NCBI GenBank assembly: GCA_017654855.1
Contig: CM030338.1
Coordinates: 1,364,001-1,428,000 of the forward strand
DNA from: Podospora anserina
Taxonomy: Eukaryota
Direction: 5' to 3'
Length of the DNA: 64,000 nucleotides
Shown one piece after another: positions 38,333 to 54,218 of the stretch; the stretch's first letter is position 1, and the number at the start of each line of letters is the position of its first letter. The notes below the pieces were generated by a model. That model made no database searches. It was given only the letters and a program-made list of their open reading frames with translations, and had not been told where the DNA came from. The position numbers were made by a program, and so were the translations under genes.

Positions 38333-40536
38333 TTTGTTTTATCGCTCTTGTGTGTCGCCCCAGTTGTTGTCTCTTCTTTGTTACTACTTCGGGTAATCCT
38401 GCTTCCCTAGCCTCCTCTATCCTCTTCGCTATTATCCTGGGCGTGTAAGTGTGTTCGTCCGTCCGGGTGGGCAGCTGGTCGTAGCACAAAAGCAAGTTCG
38501 TCCGAGAAATGGACCTTTGCCAGAAACAGAAGCAGCAACGAGAGTGGTCGAGCTCTTGGATATAAGTGCCAACGGCGAGCACACCCCCCCTTGCCAGAGC
38601 TTGGGGAGGAACCACCCTGATGGGTGAGCGGTGCGCCGACTACCTAGAAGGAACCAACCACGCGCGGTTCTTTTTTAGCAGGACTCAAGGATCTCATCAG
38701 CTGCTTGCTTGTAACTTGTTGTGGTGCTTCGCCTGTCTGTGTCCCGCACACGAAAGACAAGAAGCGCTGCTCCGCCGCCGGGTGTACACAGCATACGTGG
38801 AGAGTGGAGGGGAAGGGGGAGGGGGAGGGGGGCGAGAGGGTGGGCAGCACGGGACTCGCAGTGGTCCAAGGTACGTAGGGAGACGGGCCCCGCGGGTAGG
38901 TCGCTGGGTACAGCAGGTACCCTGCCAAAGCAGGGGGGGCAGATATCGAAGGCCAGAGAGTGTTGTATGGAAGCTACTTGGAAACCAGAACTCTACGCGC
39001 CCGGTACAGCGGTGCCTGAGAGGCACCTAGCCCTAGAATGGGTGCCTTACAGGTACCTCGTAGGCGGTGCCCCATAAATGCGCCGCAGAGTAGCAGCGGC
39101 CAAGAGCTGGGCTGGCCAGGCATGGGTTGAATGGAAAGGTTGCTTGCGGGCATGCAGCAAGTTTATCCCCGATACTTAGTCGGCTATACGCCCGGTGGAA
39201 GATAGGAAAGTGGTGGTAGAGTCAAGGCACCAAGCGGTAAACAGAGAAAAGTACTCAGCCATTCCTACCTAGTAGGAAGCTGTCACAACTAACAGATGAC
39301 TGGGCGGATCTTCCCATTGCTGGAATCTCCTTCCAGGCTGGTGGGCGGCCGAGACATTCCAACGTCAAAGGGCGGGAACGGGGAATAAAGCCAGCGTCAT
39401 GAAGATGGGACACGCAGCAGCGTAGTTCAAGGACCCGGTACCTGTATGTGGCTTGTGGTTGCCGCACGCCAAGTGCCGTGAGCTCGACAGAGAGTGAGAA
39501 GCGTGCTCTGGGAAAAGCTAGTGTCGAAGCATCGTGAGATGTTGTGCAACCCAGGAGGGGAAAGGAACGTTGCACAAACTGCGCTTATCTGCTCAGACAT
39601 CCCATCATGACTGGCCAGTTCGCTCGTGGCAACGAGCAATAAGAAGAAATCCGGCATCGATCAACCCTAGCTCTGCGCGGTTCTGACATTTCATGCACCT
39701 CTTCACACCCACCGCCGCGGTTAAGGAAGGCGCCATTCTCTATCTCCCGTCGTACACGGCGGAAACATGAGAAGGCCGGGCGAGCCACGGTACTAAAGGG
39801 GAAGAAGAGGGGAAAGCTAGAGACCATATATCGCAGGGCCAGGGTCCCATACACGACGCCGTCAGTGTTCCATCGGACCCGAGCCGTGTGAAGCCTGTGT
39901 AGGGTCTGAACCAGACGAACTGGCTCTTCTAGACGATCACGGAAGCACTTGATTCGAAATTGAAACGACAACGCCCCCGTAAATGGGCCACACTCGGTGG
40001 CATCGGTGCTAGCGCTACCCAATCGAGCCCTCTGACCCGCGATCCTTCTCGCCAAGCATACTGCGCAGTAGGGAGTGTTTCCCTCAACTTTTGTGCTGTG
40101 TCTGATTTCTCAGCCCTGTGGCGTGTGGGGTCGGTCATAGCTGTGGAGAGACAGACGTTAGACAGCATGGAGGGGGGAAAGGTGGGGTAAAACTGCGAGG
40201 GCAACTGGGGGAAGAGAAGGGATTGCCACGATGACTGCATGACTAACGGATGAACAAGTTACAAAAGTTGCCGCGTAAGGCTCCGAGGGGCCTAAATGGC
40301 TGGTCGCAGTATCGAAAACTGAGCTGATAGAGAATCCGTATCTGGAAGTATATCGCGCCGACGTTACTTCGCCCTAGGCGGTACAACTGATCGTCAGTCA
40401 AGCCACTACAAACCAAGTCACTGCACTAGGAATGTTTCCTCTCGCTGAAGAATTCTTTAGGAAACGAGTAGGTCCTTCTTAGTGGCCTTTAGCACTCGCA
40501 TATCTGGGCCATCTCAACTCAAGCCCACCCAAATCA

Positions 40537-43500
40537 CTAATGATCCTTCGGGTGGTGCTGTGTGACGGCCCCGGGACCGTACGTATCGGCCGCCGCGGGG
40601 CCGGTGATCCAAGGGGACGGCACAACAACTCTTCCTTGAAACTCTTCTCCTGTCCATGTATCATGAAATGAAAACATATGAGGCGAGGACACCTCGTGCA
40701 GGCGGGTGCAGTGGAACAACAAGTCGGCCGGGCTCCAATGGGTGTGCTGCTGCTGCCTACGGCACATTTATGACGGTGTATCCCACCCGCGATAACTTTC
40801 TTTCTCAGCCACAGACTGCAAGGTTCTTCGGCAAGTCGTCCGCTGCATGGAGTTAGTGAGGTTGCAGAGAATTAACCTTGAATGGATGTCCCCGCGTGTT
40901 GTCCAATCAACGTCGTTGGTGCGTATAGCTCCCTGGTAGAGCTCCCTGTCATAGTTGTTGTTAATATCTCTACTGCACTTTGATAAATAATCCCAAACGT
41001 TTACAACAACGTCACCTAACTCAACCGTCAACGCTGTTCCGCCGTCTCGCCGGGTTTTTAATTTCCGTGCTGCTCCCGGTCTTCACTTAACCTTATTCTC
41101 TCGGTCAACGAATTCGGGGAATGGGACTGTCCGATTCCTGCCGTTCCTTTCTGATCGATGTTTTGTCAGCACACAGCCATCTTCGACACCGCTCTTCTGC
41201 CCGCCTACCGTCTCAGCCCATGACATCGAGTGAGCCAAGCGATCCGTGAGGCAGTTAATTAATGTGTGACGTCGATGGCAGAGAGGGTCTTGTTCGTATT
41301 CTTGCATCTGGGGACGCGGCCATCGTTTCCCGGTGCATCCTCACAAGGTCGAAGAAATGCCTGGAACCGGTTTCTGTCCGTAAGGCATTCTCCAAACGAA
41401 GAGTACCAAAACGGAACACAGGGCTTGGGGCCCGGGCCAAGGATAACTGTTTTTGTACATGTAGGCCAAAACGATATCGCGGCGCTTGTTTGACCGAAGG
41501 TCAGTGTGGTAACCATGGCCTGAGCTGATTGGGTCCCTCGGACTTTAGACATCGGACTCGAGTGTGGATACCACACAGCATCAGGTCCCAAGCGATGGCA
41601 CAGAGTACTCAACAACCCTGCCTGCTTTTTGGCACATTGCCAATGGAGCGTCTCTTGATTTTGGGAACTTTGAGATTTGTTTTGCCACAATTTCACCTAC
41701 TGAATGATGGCACAGGCTTGTCTCCTTCCTGAATTATGAGCCTGGAGGGGATAAGGGCCAATTCTGTAATTAATTGTCAGCATGCCATGACAATCCTTGT
41801 GAAAAGGGCATTGTCCAATCGATCAAAGACAGGATATCTGGCACACACTCAGCTTGAGGAGGCGTCATGTAATGCCTTGCTAATTATTGTAATGTTGAAT
41901 TCCCCTTCCAGTTGCTTGTTTTGTTTCTGGGGACAGGTGTCAGATGGAGCATGTGTCGATTCAAATCTCCGAAAGACCACAGCTATGCAGCAAAGATCTG
42001 ACCTGACAGAAAGCCTCAGAAGCTTGTTCTCAGTTCAGACCCTTTAGGCCCGGCAGGATGGGAAGGGCGGCTATGCTGCGGGAAGCTTAAGCGGCCGTGT
42101 AACCGGTTACCAGCCAGGAGCTGCTCCTCCCCCACACACAACTACCAACAAGCTCCCGCGCCCATCTCCTGTACCACAGGCACCGAAGAGATCTTAGACC
42201 CTGCTTTTCTGCAGCCCTGGCTCCTTGCGGCGAGGTTTTCAGGCAGACATGGCGGCCATGTTAGCCAAACTCCTTCAGACCGCCAAGTGAGGCGTAAATG
42301 TTTTGGTGAACGGTGAGCACAGCCACCTTCCCAAGGACTTAATCTTTCTGAGAGGGTCCTCGTTCTTCTGATGATTTTCTCGATCTTGAGGGTGAAGAGA
42401 TGTTTGTGATTTGCGGAGCATGGGGGAAGGAATGTACGTGCTTTTGCCTGGCATCCCCTGACGACGAGAGCCGACTGTCCTGACAGATGTCCAAGGTAAA
42501 TGGCTGACGAAGAGGGTCCAGACTGTTGGGCAGTGTAATGGGAATGTGTACATCAATGAGCAGATGCTTGTCGAGGATTGCTGGCAGAATGGCATGTCGT
42601 CCTGAACCTAAGTCTAAACTTGAGGGTGAGCCTTGGTCGACAGCCTGGCTTGGGGGAGGCGGTGAGTATGACACCAAGAGCATTGGTCGCACACCGAGTT
42701 TCCAGCTCGAACACTTTTCCGAGGTTTGGGGAATTGCCCCAAGACATGACTGTTGATAGATGTGTCAACCAGTTCGAGCGTTGATCCCCGGCGAGTAATT
42801 CTGTGGACAGTCATCAGCAGCATGAAGAGAGAACCTGAGTGTTGAGTCGTCTCTTTGTCAGGTGGTGGTGTCCCTCGAACGACAAACGTTCTCGACAGGC
42901 CATTGCTAGTCAATCTACCTTGGAGATTTCTAAATCCTTCCCGGAAGGGCTCCTCGTGGTGCTGCATCTCTTTTGCCTATTCTAGGATATTAGTGAAGAC
43001 TGAGCTTATAGTCGCAAGTAAGTTGAATGGATGCCGAGCGCTCTGTGGGTGGTGAGTCCTTAGACAATTTCGAATGTTTTCCTTGTCCCACGACCATGGC
43101 AATGAAAGCGTTGAATTCTCAGCATAGACATAGGATAGGGCCTCCGTGTGTCTTGGCGGTCGGTCCGTGTCATTCCGGCAGTTGGCTGCCCGTCCCGAGC
43201 TGGGATTCAGCAGATCCCGATTCTCAATGACACTCCGCCGGCCGAGTGCCAGGGTAAAGGTGCCAAGGCCGGGGCCGAATGTGGGGTAAAACGTCTTGGC
43301 TGCCGTAGACACTGAATCGGCCAAGCACGCTTTCTGATGATGATAGTTAGGATGAACATCATGTTTGAGGACAACCAGCTCCTCCGGTGAAGAGGCAAAT
43401 TCAGCTGAAGACTCTCAGAGATCCGTTTTCAGCTCTTGGTCGTACATGTACACAGGTACTGAGCTGTCGGTATATACGTCTGGGTGATGGAATGCTGGAG

Positions 43501-43606
43501 TTGGCTGCATGAGGAAGCAAAACACCCCAGCCAAGTGGCAACGCGGGGCAGGCTCTGCGATGGCCATGGCGTAGCCTCGTAACTGGAAAGTGAATACAAA
43601 ATTCAC
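40537..43606 (-). pseudogene. Possible decayed gene of unknown family
   Basis: ORFs 41083-41307, 40768-41031 and 40537-40767 share one frame separated by single stops. ORFs 43415-43606 and 42977-43324 are likewise in frame across one TGA. No family recognised. Confidence 0.3.
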
Positions 43607-44190
43607 CCACAGCCAAAAACCACCTCACACAAAACCAGGGGCGGAGAATGAAAACAAAGAAAGCCTTGTGAAGGTGAATTAGGTCAGCATTGCTGAGTGA
43701 ATGGAGGGGCGGTGTGGAAACTGTTCGAAGGTTTACCTCGAGAGAGGAGAGCGCAGCAACAGCTGGAAAAGGCAGGGAGCTCGGGCCACCTGGTAGTGAT
43801 AACGAGCGATAAGCGGTGCCTGACCTGTCCTCAGTGCTCTTGCTGGGCAAAAACGCACGGACATTTGCCGCTGGCAGTGGCAGGACCCGCACTCGTCATC
43901 CGAGTGGCCGCCTAGAGATCGCCTCTGGAACCTGGCCAACCTTACCAAACCAAACTCACCTGCAACGAAAGCCAGAGCTGGAGGTGTCTTTAACTTTCCA
44001 TCTCATCACCAACTCAAATTTCATTTTTGCAGTTAAAAACTCTGCCATCGTTTCCGCTGGAGAGGCCCCCCATCTCCCAGAAACAACTCCCATTATCAAC
44101 AACCCCGCCGACGACCGACTTCGTTTCCCCCTCCTCTCCGACCCATCATCAACGAGTCTCCCACTTGACATCATCACAAATACCGACAAG

Positions 44191-46886
<2,696 letters not shown>

Positions 46887-47977
46887 ACGTATCAGCCATG
46901 ACCTACGAGTTTGGCAAAAAAAAAAAAAAAAAAAAAGATCCGCAGCCCATGTATTCTAGTTTACTCCAGCATTACGCTATCTAGCAGTTTGCACAATCGG
47001 TCGGGGAGTTCTTTAGGCAAATGGGGTTTACATCGGTGTACTTGGGCGGTCAGTTATTTCGATTGACCTAACAGCGGAGCTATCATTCGGTAGCAAGTTT
47101 GCCCCCAGTCTTGAGGCTCATGGTTTTTGAGACTGGGCAGCGTGGACTTTCTGCGTAGTTGTGGGCGGGCGCGATGAGGCAAAGAGTTTTATAGTTGCTA
47201 GAGGCGCTGGTTATTACGATGGGCGTCTAATGATTTATTTATGATGGCCGTTTTTAATGGCAAACAATCAAGACTATAGATTGCACACTGTTTACTGTGT
47301 GTTTTCGTGATTGCTTCCTGTGATGATATGCTTCCAACTTGGATAACCTTTCTTCAAAGGTGTAGGGCCTTGAGGATATTTGGTCTGTTTTTGAAATCCT
47401 AGGCAATTGGCCGGTGAACGATCAGTCCCCATTTGCTTTCGGGGGGGTTTAGATTCGTGATGAAGACTTGATCAAAAACTAGATACGTCCTGGTGTACTA
47501 TGCCAACAACACGGAAGAGAGAAACGGGGATGAAGAAAAGGAAAAAACCCATGGTATTAACGCCCCCGCTGATGGTGCCAATTTGTGTGTGTTCTTGGTG
47601 TGATATATCTATATATACAAAAGTGTTGTGTGCATAAAAACCAATATTTCCCCCTTGCCCCCAACTCGCTTTCCCATTATCAACTGTGTAAGACCTACCC
47701 TACTGCTTATCGTTCGCTTGGTGGTGGGCGCCCTGACATATTATAATGCATCCCCTAAACTCTTCTTTCGCTCTGGAAGAAAAAAAACAAACCAAAACCT
47801 CGTGGTGATTCCTCCCCCGCTGATATATCCATATCCACACACTCTTGTCACCCATCCCTACTAGACCCGTTCCTCATTCCCCAGATTCAGCTGATTCACG
47901 AACTGGCCGACTCTTCCCCTCCGTCTCAAAAACCCATGCCATGCCCACGATCCCAGAGTCAGAATCACCCACCGACA

Positions 47978-48654
47978 TCATCCCCCTCTTCTGTGTAATA
48001 ATCCCCTACTCGGATCAGAATACACATCAGCAGCATGCCGATGACGAGGGCCAGTCCCCTCTGGATACGGCTCGCTAGTCAGAGGATCAATCACATCATA
48101 GTCCTCATCAACAGTTGCGTCGTTGTCAGTCTCAACAGCCGTCTCCTCATCGTGAAAACCAGGCACCTCTCCATCTTCATCCACCAGTGTTTCGCCCCCA
48201 CTACTCTGTTCTCTCGCAAGATCTTGCTCTCTCGCTGGTTCCTCTCTCGATGGTTCCTCTCCCGCTGGCTCCTCTCGTCTTCATCAGCGTCGCTCTCGTC
48301 GCTGTCGCCGTGTGGCCCGCTTCATCATCAGCGTCACTCTCGCCTTCTTCATCTTCGTCTTCTTCATCTTCGTCTTCTTCATCCTCGTCTTCTTCATCCT
48401 CGCCTGCATCATCGTCTCCAGACTCATCATCGTCTCCGGACTCATCATCGTCTCCAGACTCATCCTCGCCACTCTCTTCGGCACCCCCTTCTTCTTCCTC
48501 CAATGGCGGCGGTGGCGGTAAATTCTCGTCTCCAGTATCCTAGTTGGCACCATCACCATCACTATCCTCAAACCCCCCCGCTCCAGCAGCCACATCCCCA
48601 TCACCCTTTCCCCCCTTCGCAAACCCCCGTCCCCTTCCTCACCCTCATTCCCCC
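47978..48654 (-). pseudogene. Decayed acidic low-complexity reading frame directly 3' of the Sus1-like gene
   Basis: D/E-rich coding pattern with 18-bp (ESGDDD)x3, 15-bp (EDEED)x~4 and 18-bp (EEPxRE)x3 repeats. It switches frame several times and contains an internal TAG. Confidence 0.5.
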
Positions 48655-49237
48655 CTAAGGATTTCCTTCCTCGATCTCCACCACCCCCTCCAACGCCTCC
48701 CTCGTAACCCTCAACGCATCCTCCACCACCTGCTGCGGCAACGCCAAACTATTACCATTCTCCCCCCTTCCCCCGCCACCAACCTTGATCCCATTCCCAT
48801 TAACATTCACATTCTTCCCATTAACATTCACCTCCTCCCCCTGCCCCGGCGTCCCATTCGCTGCTCTGTTGCTCGGAGCAAGAGCGGTATCATGCCTAAT
48901 ATCATCCATCACCCTCTTCAGCAAGACCGGAAAGGTGGTCACCTCGCCCGACCGCAACAAATCCCGGGCGTGGTTCTCGACGAGGGTGGGCCAGTTGGTT
49001 GGGTTTGCGTGGAGGGTGTGGAGGAGGATTTCTTGGATTCTGGGAGAATTAGCAAAAGGTGGGGGAGGTTGGAAGGGGGGGTGGGAAAGGGGGGAAGACG
49101 AACTTGGCGACATGACCCTCTTGGATCAAGGTCCCGTTGATTGACGAGCGGAGTTCGGGGTCGAGGGTGGCGGGTGTGTAGCCAGCTGCCGAAGGGGGGA
49201 TTTTTACGGGTGTGGAGGGGTTGTTGTTGTTGGACAT
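48655..49237 (-). CDS. Sus1/ENY2-like protein (SAGA/TREX-2 subunit-like), 2 exons
   Basis: Exon 49237-49104, intron GTTCGT..GCTAAT..CAG, exon 49039-48655. The helical pattern LIQEGHVAKIQEILLHTL...NWPTLV...LALPQQVVEDALRVTREAL resembles Sus1/ENY2. Confidence 0.7.
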
Positions 49238-50884
49238 TTTCAAGCGTGGGTTGGTAGAAATTGATTTGGTAAAATAAAAATAAAAATAAAGATAAAAAAT
49301 AAACTGAGGGAAAGAAAACAGTTGAAAGGGGCCGGAGAATTGGTTTGTCGGGTGGTGGTTGTGTTGGATGGTGAAATGTGTTCCTCGGAGTAGCTGGAGA
49401 ACCTTGATGGGTGGTTGTCGGTTGCGGTGAGTTTCTGTATCCTTTGATAAAAACGAATGTAATGGTTGAATGTTGATTGTAAGAGTCGAGAAAAGACTTT
49501 GTTGGACTGCAAAAGTAAGAAGTGTAAAAGTCGAGACGAGAAGATGGGGTGGTTCAAGCCCGGTGCCAAACCCAAGACAAGGCTGAGAAATGTTGTTTGG
49601 GGGAAAGAACAAGGCTGATTGATGGCTGAATTGGCACAACGATGATGGGAATTTCAGAGAGCTTCCTGCCGCACGTGAGGCCGGTCCGCCATTTGCCCCA
49701 CCATACCACCCCTAACCCTTACTCCGTACCACTTACAACCACTTAGACTCGGTGTGGCATTCCCAGAAGCCATCACTTCCATCAACGTAAAACATTATAC
49801 ACATTCACCAACTCAAAATCTTGTAAATAACGTCCATCAAATGACAGACTTTCGTGTTATTCCCTCTTCATATCTCAGAAGAATCTCATTCTACACACAT
49901 CTCAACTCACAATGATGGTATCAAGCCCCTTTTTCCTTTCCTTTAGGCCTCTCTCCCTTCCCTCACCAGCGCAAGGCAACAAAAACCCCCATTAACGTTG
50001 CCTCTTGCGTCCTACACATGAAAAGCATACAGACATCCCAAAAAAAAACCATGAAACTTACGCTCAAACAAACAACACGACCAAAACGCCAAAACTCATA
50101 AGCCCCAACATCCCCATGAAACTCCTTTCGCCTTTATGCCCGTCGGTGATGTCCTGCAGACGGACGACCCCTTGGACCCCCCCAATCTACCAGACACATC
50201 ATGAGGGAAAAGAAGGTAGTAAACACTCGCTTGTTCGCTTTGCGCTGAAACAGGCTCTCATTCATTTTCTCTACAACCCCCTTTCCCCCTCCTCACCCCA
50301 TCCACCCTCCCACCGCCTTGATCAAAAGTCAAAGCACGCACACAACGCCGCCCATATGCTGGGGATATCATTTCGTGGTTTCAAAGAAAAAGGAGAAGAA
50401 ATATAAAAAACCGAGAAAAAACAAGGCTAGAGGAGATTCGTCTCTGTCGTCTCAGAAAAACATGCGCAGCGCAAACCCCCAAAAACAGAGAAATAAAAGG
50501 AAAAAACAAAAAGTATACAAACAGAAGAGGAATGTTGAGATGTAGGACTATTAAAAAGCTCGCTTCGCTGCGCTGTGCTGTGCTATACTGTGATTGCTGA
50601 CAGTCGTGCGTGTCGTGATATTCGTTACAGTAGGGTATACCGCCGGCTTGTCGACAGTTCGCCGTGTTGTTGGACGGTGAAATCATCAACCCCGGCTCGG
50701 TAGTTGAAGGCGTCCAGGATTCGTGATTAGTTGATTAGGGAGGTGATCAATGTCGCTTTATTAACGTTATTGGCTGTGCTCCGCATGTGTTGAGCGCTCT
50801 ATCGGATTCAAAAAGGGTAAAAACGCAAAAATGCCAAAATGTTGTGGTGACAAATCCGACAGTAGGGGATCGAGTGCTTGGAAA

Positions 50885-53800
50885 TCAAACACGGTCCGGG
50901 GCATCCGTCGAGCGGCCAGCTGTGGTGCCCGAGGGGAACGAGTACAGAAGCGGCCTACGCTCCTCGTCTTGCTTCACCCCGTTGGGCTGCAACTTTTCCG
51001 GCTGCTCGTCGTCCTCCTCTTGAAGCGTGCCGTCAGAGCCACTGCCAGAATGATGGCTATCATTCGAGCTGATGGAGCGGCTGTCGTCATGCTTCGGTGC
51101 GAGCGTAGGGCTGTTCATGGCCGTAGGCAGGATGGCGGATGACAACATGCTATCGTAGCCATTCGCACCGCTGGGCCTAGAAATGTTTGCATAGCCCATG
51201 AGCTTCTTGGCTTTCCGTGTTGCGTCGCGAGCATGTTCGGCCGCACGTTCGGCGCGGCAGTGCTTTTCCCACATGGCGGCGTAGCGACCGTTGAGGGCCA
51301 GAAGCTCCTCGTGAGTGCCCTTCTCCACCATGGTGCCGGCATGGAGAACAATGATCTGGTCTGCGTGAGTGATGGTCGACAGTCGGTGACTGTGCAATGC
51401 AACTCGGTTAGCTAACACAATCTCCACCCGCTCCGGTTTCCCCGAGTAAAACTTACGCAATAATCAACAAGGTGCGGCCTTGTCCGAACTTGCCATTAAT
51501 CAGCTTCGACTGGATCTTTTGCTCTGTTTCTCCATCAAGTGCCGACGTCGCCTCATCCAGCATGATGATCTTGGGGTTCTTGAGAATTGTTCGCGCAATC
51601 GCCACGCGTTGCTTCTCGCCACCGCTGAGCCGGAGGCCTCGCTCTCCCACCTTGGTGTTGTAGCCATCAGGGAAGCTCATGATGCGGTCGTGAATGGCAG
51701 CAGCCCGGCACGCCTCATAGATCTCTTCGTCGGATGCGCTGGGGTTGGCATAGCGGAGGTTGTACATGAGCGTCTCGTTGAAGAGGATCGTGTCCTGAGG
51801 AACAACTCCAATGGCGCGGCGCACCGAGTCAATGGTGAGGTCTTGAACATCCTGGCCTTCGATCAAAAGTCTTCCGGCTTTGGGGTTGTAATACCGGAAC
51901 ATGAGCCGGAAGACAGTCGACTTGCCTCCGCCAGACTCTCCCACAAAAGCGGTGGTCGTGCCGGGCTTGCACTCAAATGACAGATCGTGAAGGGCGGTTC
52001 TGCGGTTGTCGTATGAAAAGCCAACGTTCTCCCACTTGATATGGCCGGTGCTCTCCTGCAGGGGGACTGCGCCGGGGCTGTCAACCACAGTAGGCTGGAT
52101 CTTGAACAATTCAAGCAGTCTCTCACCCGAGATCATGGCCTGCTGAATCGTACGGTAGAACGAGCCAAAGAAGTTGAGCGGGCCTTGCAGCTGGGCGAGA
52201 TATGTGACCAAGGACGTGAATTCACCGACAGTGCGTGTCCCCTGAGATACTTCATAGCCGCAGGTCAAGAGGACAACCAGCAAACCGCACATGAACACAA
52301 TCGACTGGCACATGTTCATATGATTGATGCCCCATGTAACCTTGGCCTCTGCCGTCTGGAAATTGACAATGGCATTGCGATACCGCGCAAATTCGTGCTG
52401 CTCGGCGTTGAAGTATTTGACCGTCTCGTATGATGTGATCGAGTCGTTTTTGACAGCCTCTTCCTCGCGGTCGGCATTGACCATGTCGCGTCGTTGATCA
52501 GATCTAGTGGCAGCCATGCGAATGGTCAAGTAGAGGTAGTAAAACGTGATGATGGACACAAAAAGTGCATACATCGCTCCGTACCGGAAGTAAAACCAAC
52601 CGATGGCGAGCAAAAGATCGACCAACATTGGCACAACCTGGAAGGTGACCTGTTCCAAGAACTGGTTGATCGAGGCACCCTTGTTAAGAGCAGAGAGCAC
52701 TTCACCAGTGCGCTTTCCCAAGTGGAAATCCAGAGACAGGGAGTGAACATGTTCGAAAGCTGCTGTCGTGAGGGCGCGGTAGGTGTGCTGAGATACGGGA
52801 ATCCAAAGAATGGAGCGGGCTGATCCCAGCAATCCGGATGGGCCTTGGAGAAGCTTGAGCGCAATGAAGAGCCCGAGATCAAACCACGGAGCCCCAGTAT
52901 TGCCAGGGTTTTCACCGTTATCTTCGCCGCCAGAGAAGCTGAAGATTCCCGTCAAGCCAGCGGCAATTTTGGCACCTGTTCCGGTGTTGGGGTGGTCGAA
53001 ATTCTTGGCAAGGGTATCTGTCACAGTCTTGATCTGTTCGGGGACCATGATATTGACGACACGCTGCGAGACTTCCAGCAGAAAACACAACAAGACGATG
53101 AGCTTGAGCTTGGTCGAATTGCTGGGCCAGAGATAGGGGAAGAAGATCGAGTATCCACGGCAATATTCGAACCAGGTTTTATGCGGCAGTTTGTCGGGTC
53201 GGTAAAAAGCGGCATTGTCCTCGCATTGCTGGTAACCGCCTTCAGGATCGTTGTTGGCATTTTTGTTGACATTGCGGGTGCCTCCATAATCCGAGTTTTG
53301 TCTTGATCGTCCACGGTTGTAAGGTGTTGCGGTTCCGCTGTGCGAAAGAAGCGGGCTCGTTTCATCCGAGTCCGACCGGTTCGCCTCTTCGTCCAAAAGC
53401 CGCCGTTCTTCCAGGCGTCTTTTTGATGCGACGAGGGCGTACATGCTGACCAAAAACACAACAATGAGCAGCCGGACACCTCCAATGCCCAGATCTGTCA
53501 AGTCCCAGAAACCCAGTGGGTTTTCTCGGAGAGCCCCCATCTCCTCGCCGTCCAAGACATATTTCCCAGTGGCGAGGGTGCAGACAAAGGATAAAAGGAT
53601 AATGGCTTCCCCAAAAAGACCAAGCACCCATATTATCGAGTGCACTGGCGTCGGGCTGTCATCCCAGTCAAAGAGGGTGATTAAAACGTAAATGTATAAA
53701 AACGCCGCGCCCACGACGTAGACCTGGGCAGTGATGTCAGCTTTGTTTTGTTGCCGGTGCGCAAATCAGACTTGGTTCTTGGCTCGACTTACAACTCTCT

Positions 53801-54218
53801 CCTCCCCACACCACCACAGCTCTCCTCCAACCTTGCTGGATTGCCAGACATGCAGGGCAGTTGCAGCCGCATTGGCAGCAAACGACAAAATCAAGGCGCC
53901 CACCAAACACCGAAAAACCTGGATTGAGATGCCTCCGTTGCAGCCGTCGGTGGAATATAACGATTGCTGATCTCGGTGCTCCCGTTTTCGCTTCGTAATG
54001 GGCAGCGGCTTGCCACCTGGACCTGTGGCTGTCGGAATCAGGAGTTCTTCCTCAGTCCTCGATTTGGCGATGCTATGGATGCCGGCCGAGATAATAAAGG
54101 CGAGAAGCAGCACGACCGGATAGCATTTCTGAGTCGTTTCGTATGTCACCTGGGCAAAGGCTTTGACGTATTGTTGGCCATCATGCTCCGGACCGCTGGT
54201 TTGGAGCAGCGCGTCCAT
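50885..54218 (-). CDS. HMT1: Heavy-metal tolerance ABC half-transporter (HMT1/ABCB6 type), 3 exons
   Basis: Extra N-terminal TM region, HSLSLDFHLGKRTGEV, DSITSYETVKYFNAE, Walker A GESGGGKST, LSGGEKQRVAIAR, LDEATSALD, AHRLSTI. Introns 53792-53724 and 51456-51390. Confidence 0.93.

Noticed and set aside
46916..47140. Poly(A)21 just after the CDC48 stop and a ~13-bp GU-rich hairpin at ~47103-47138
   Set aside because: The gene keeps its introns, so it is not a retrocopy. A runs are frequent in this window and the hairpin has no supporting evidence.
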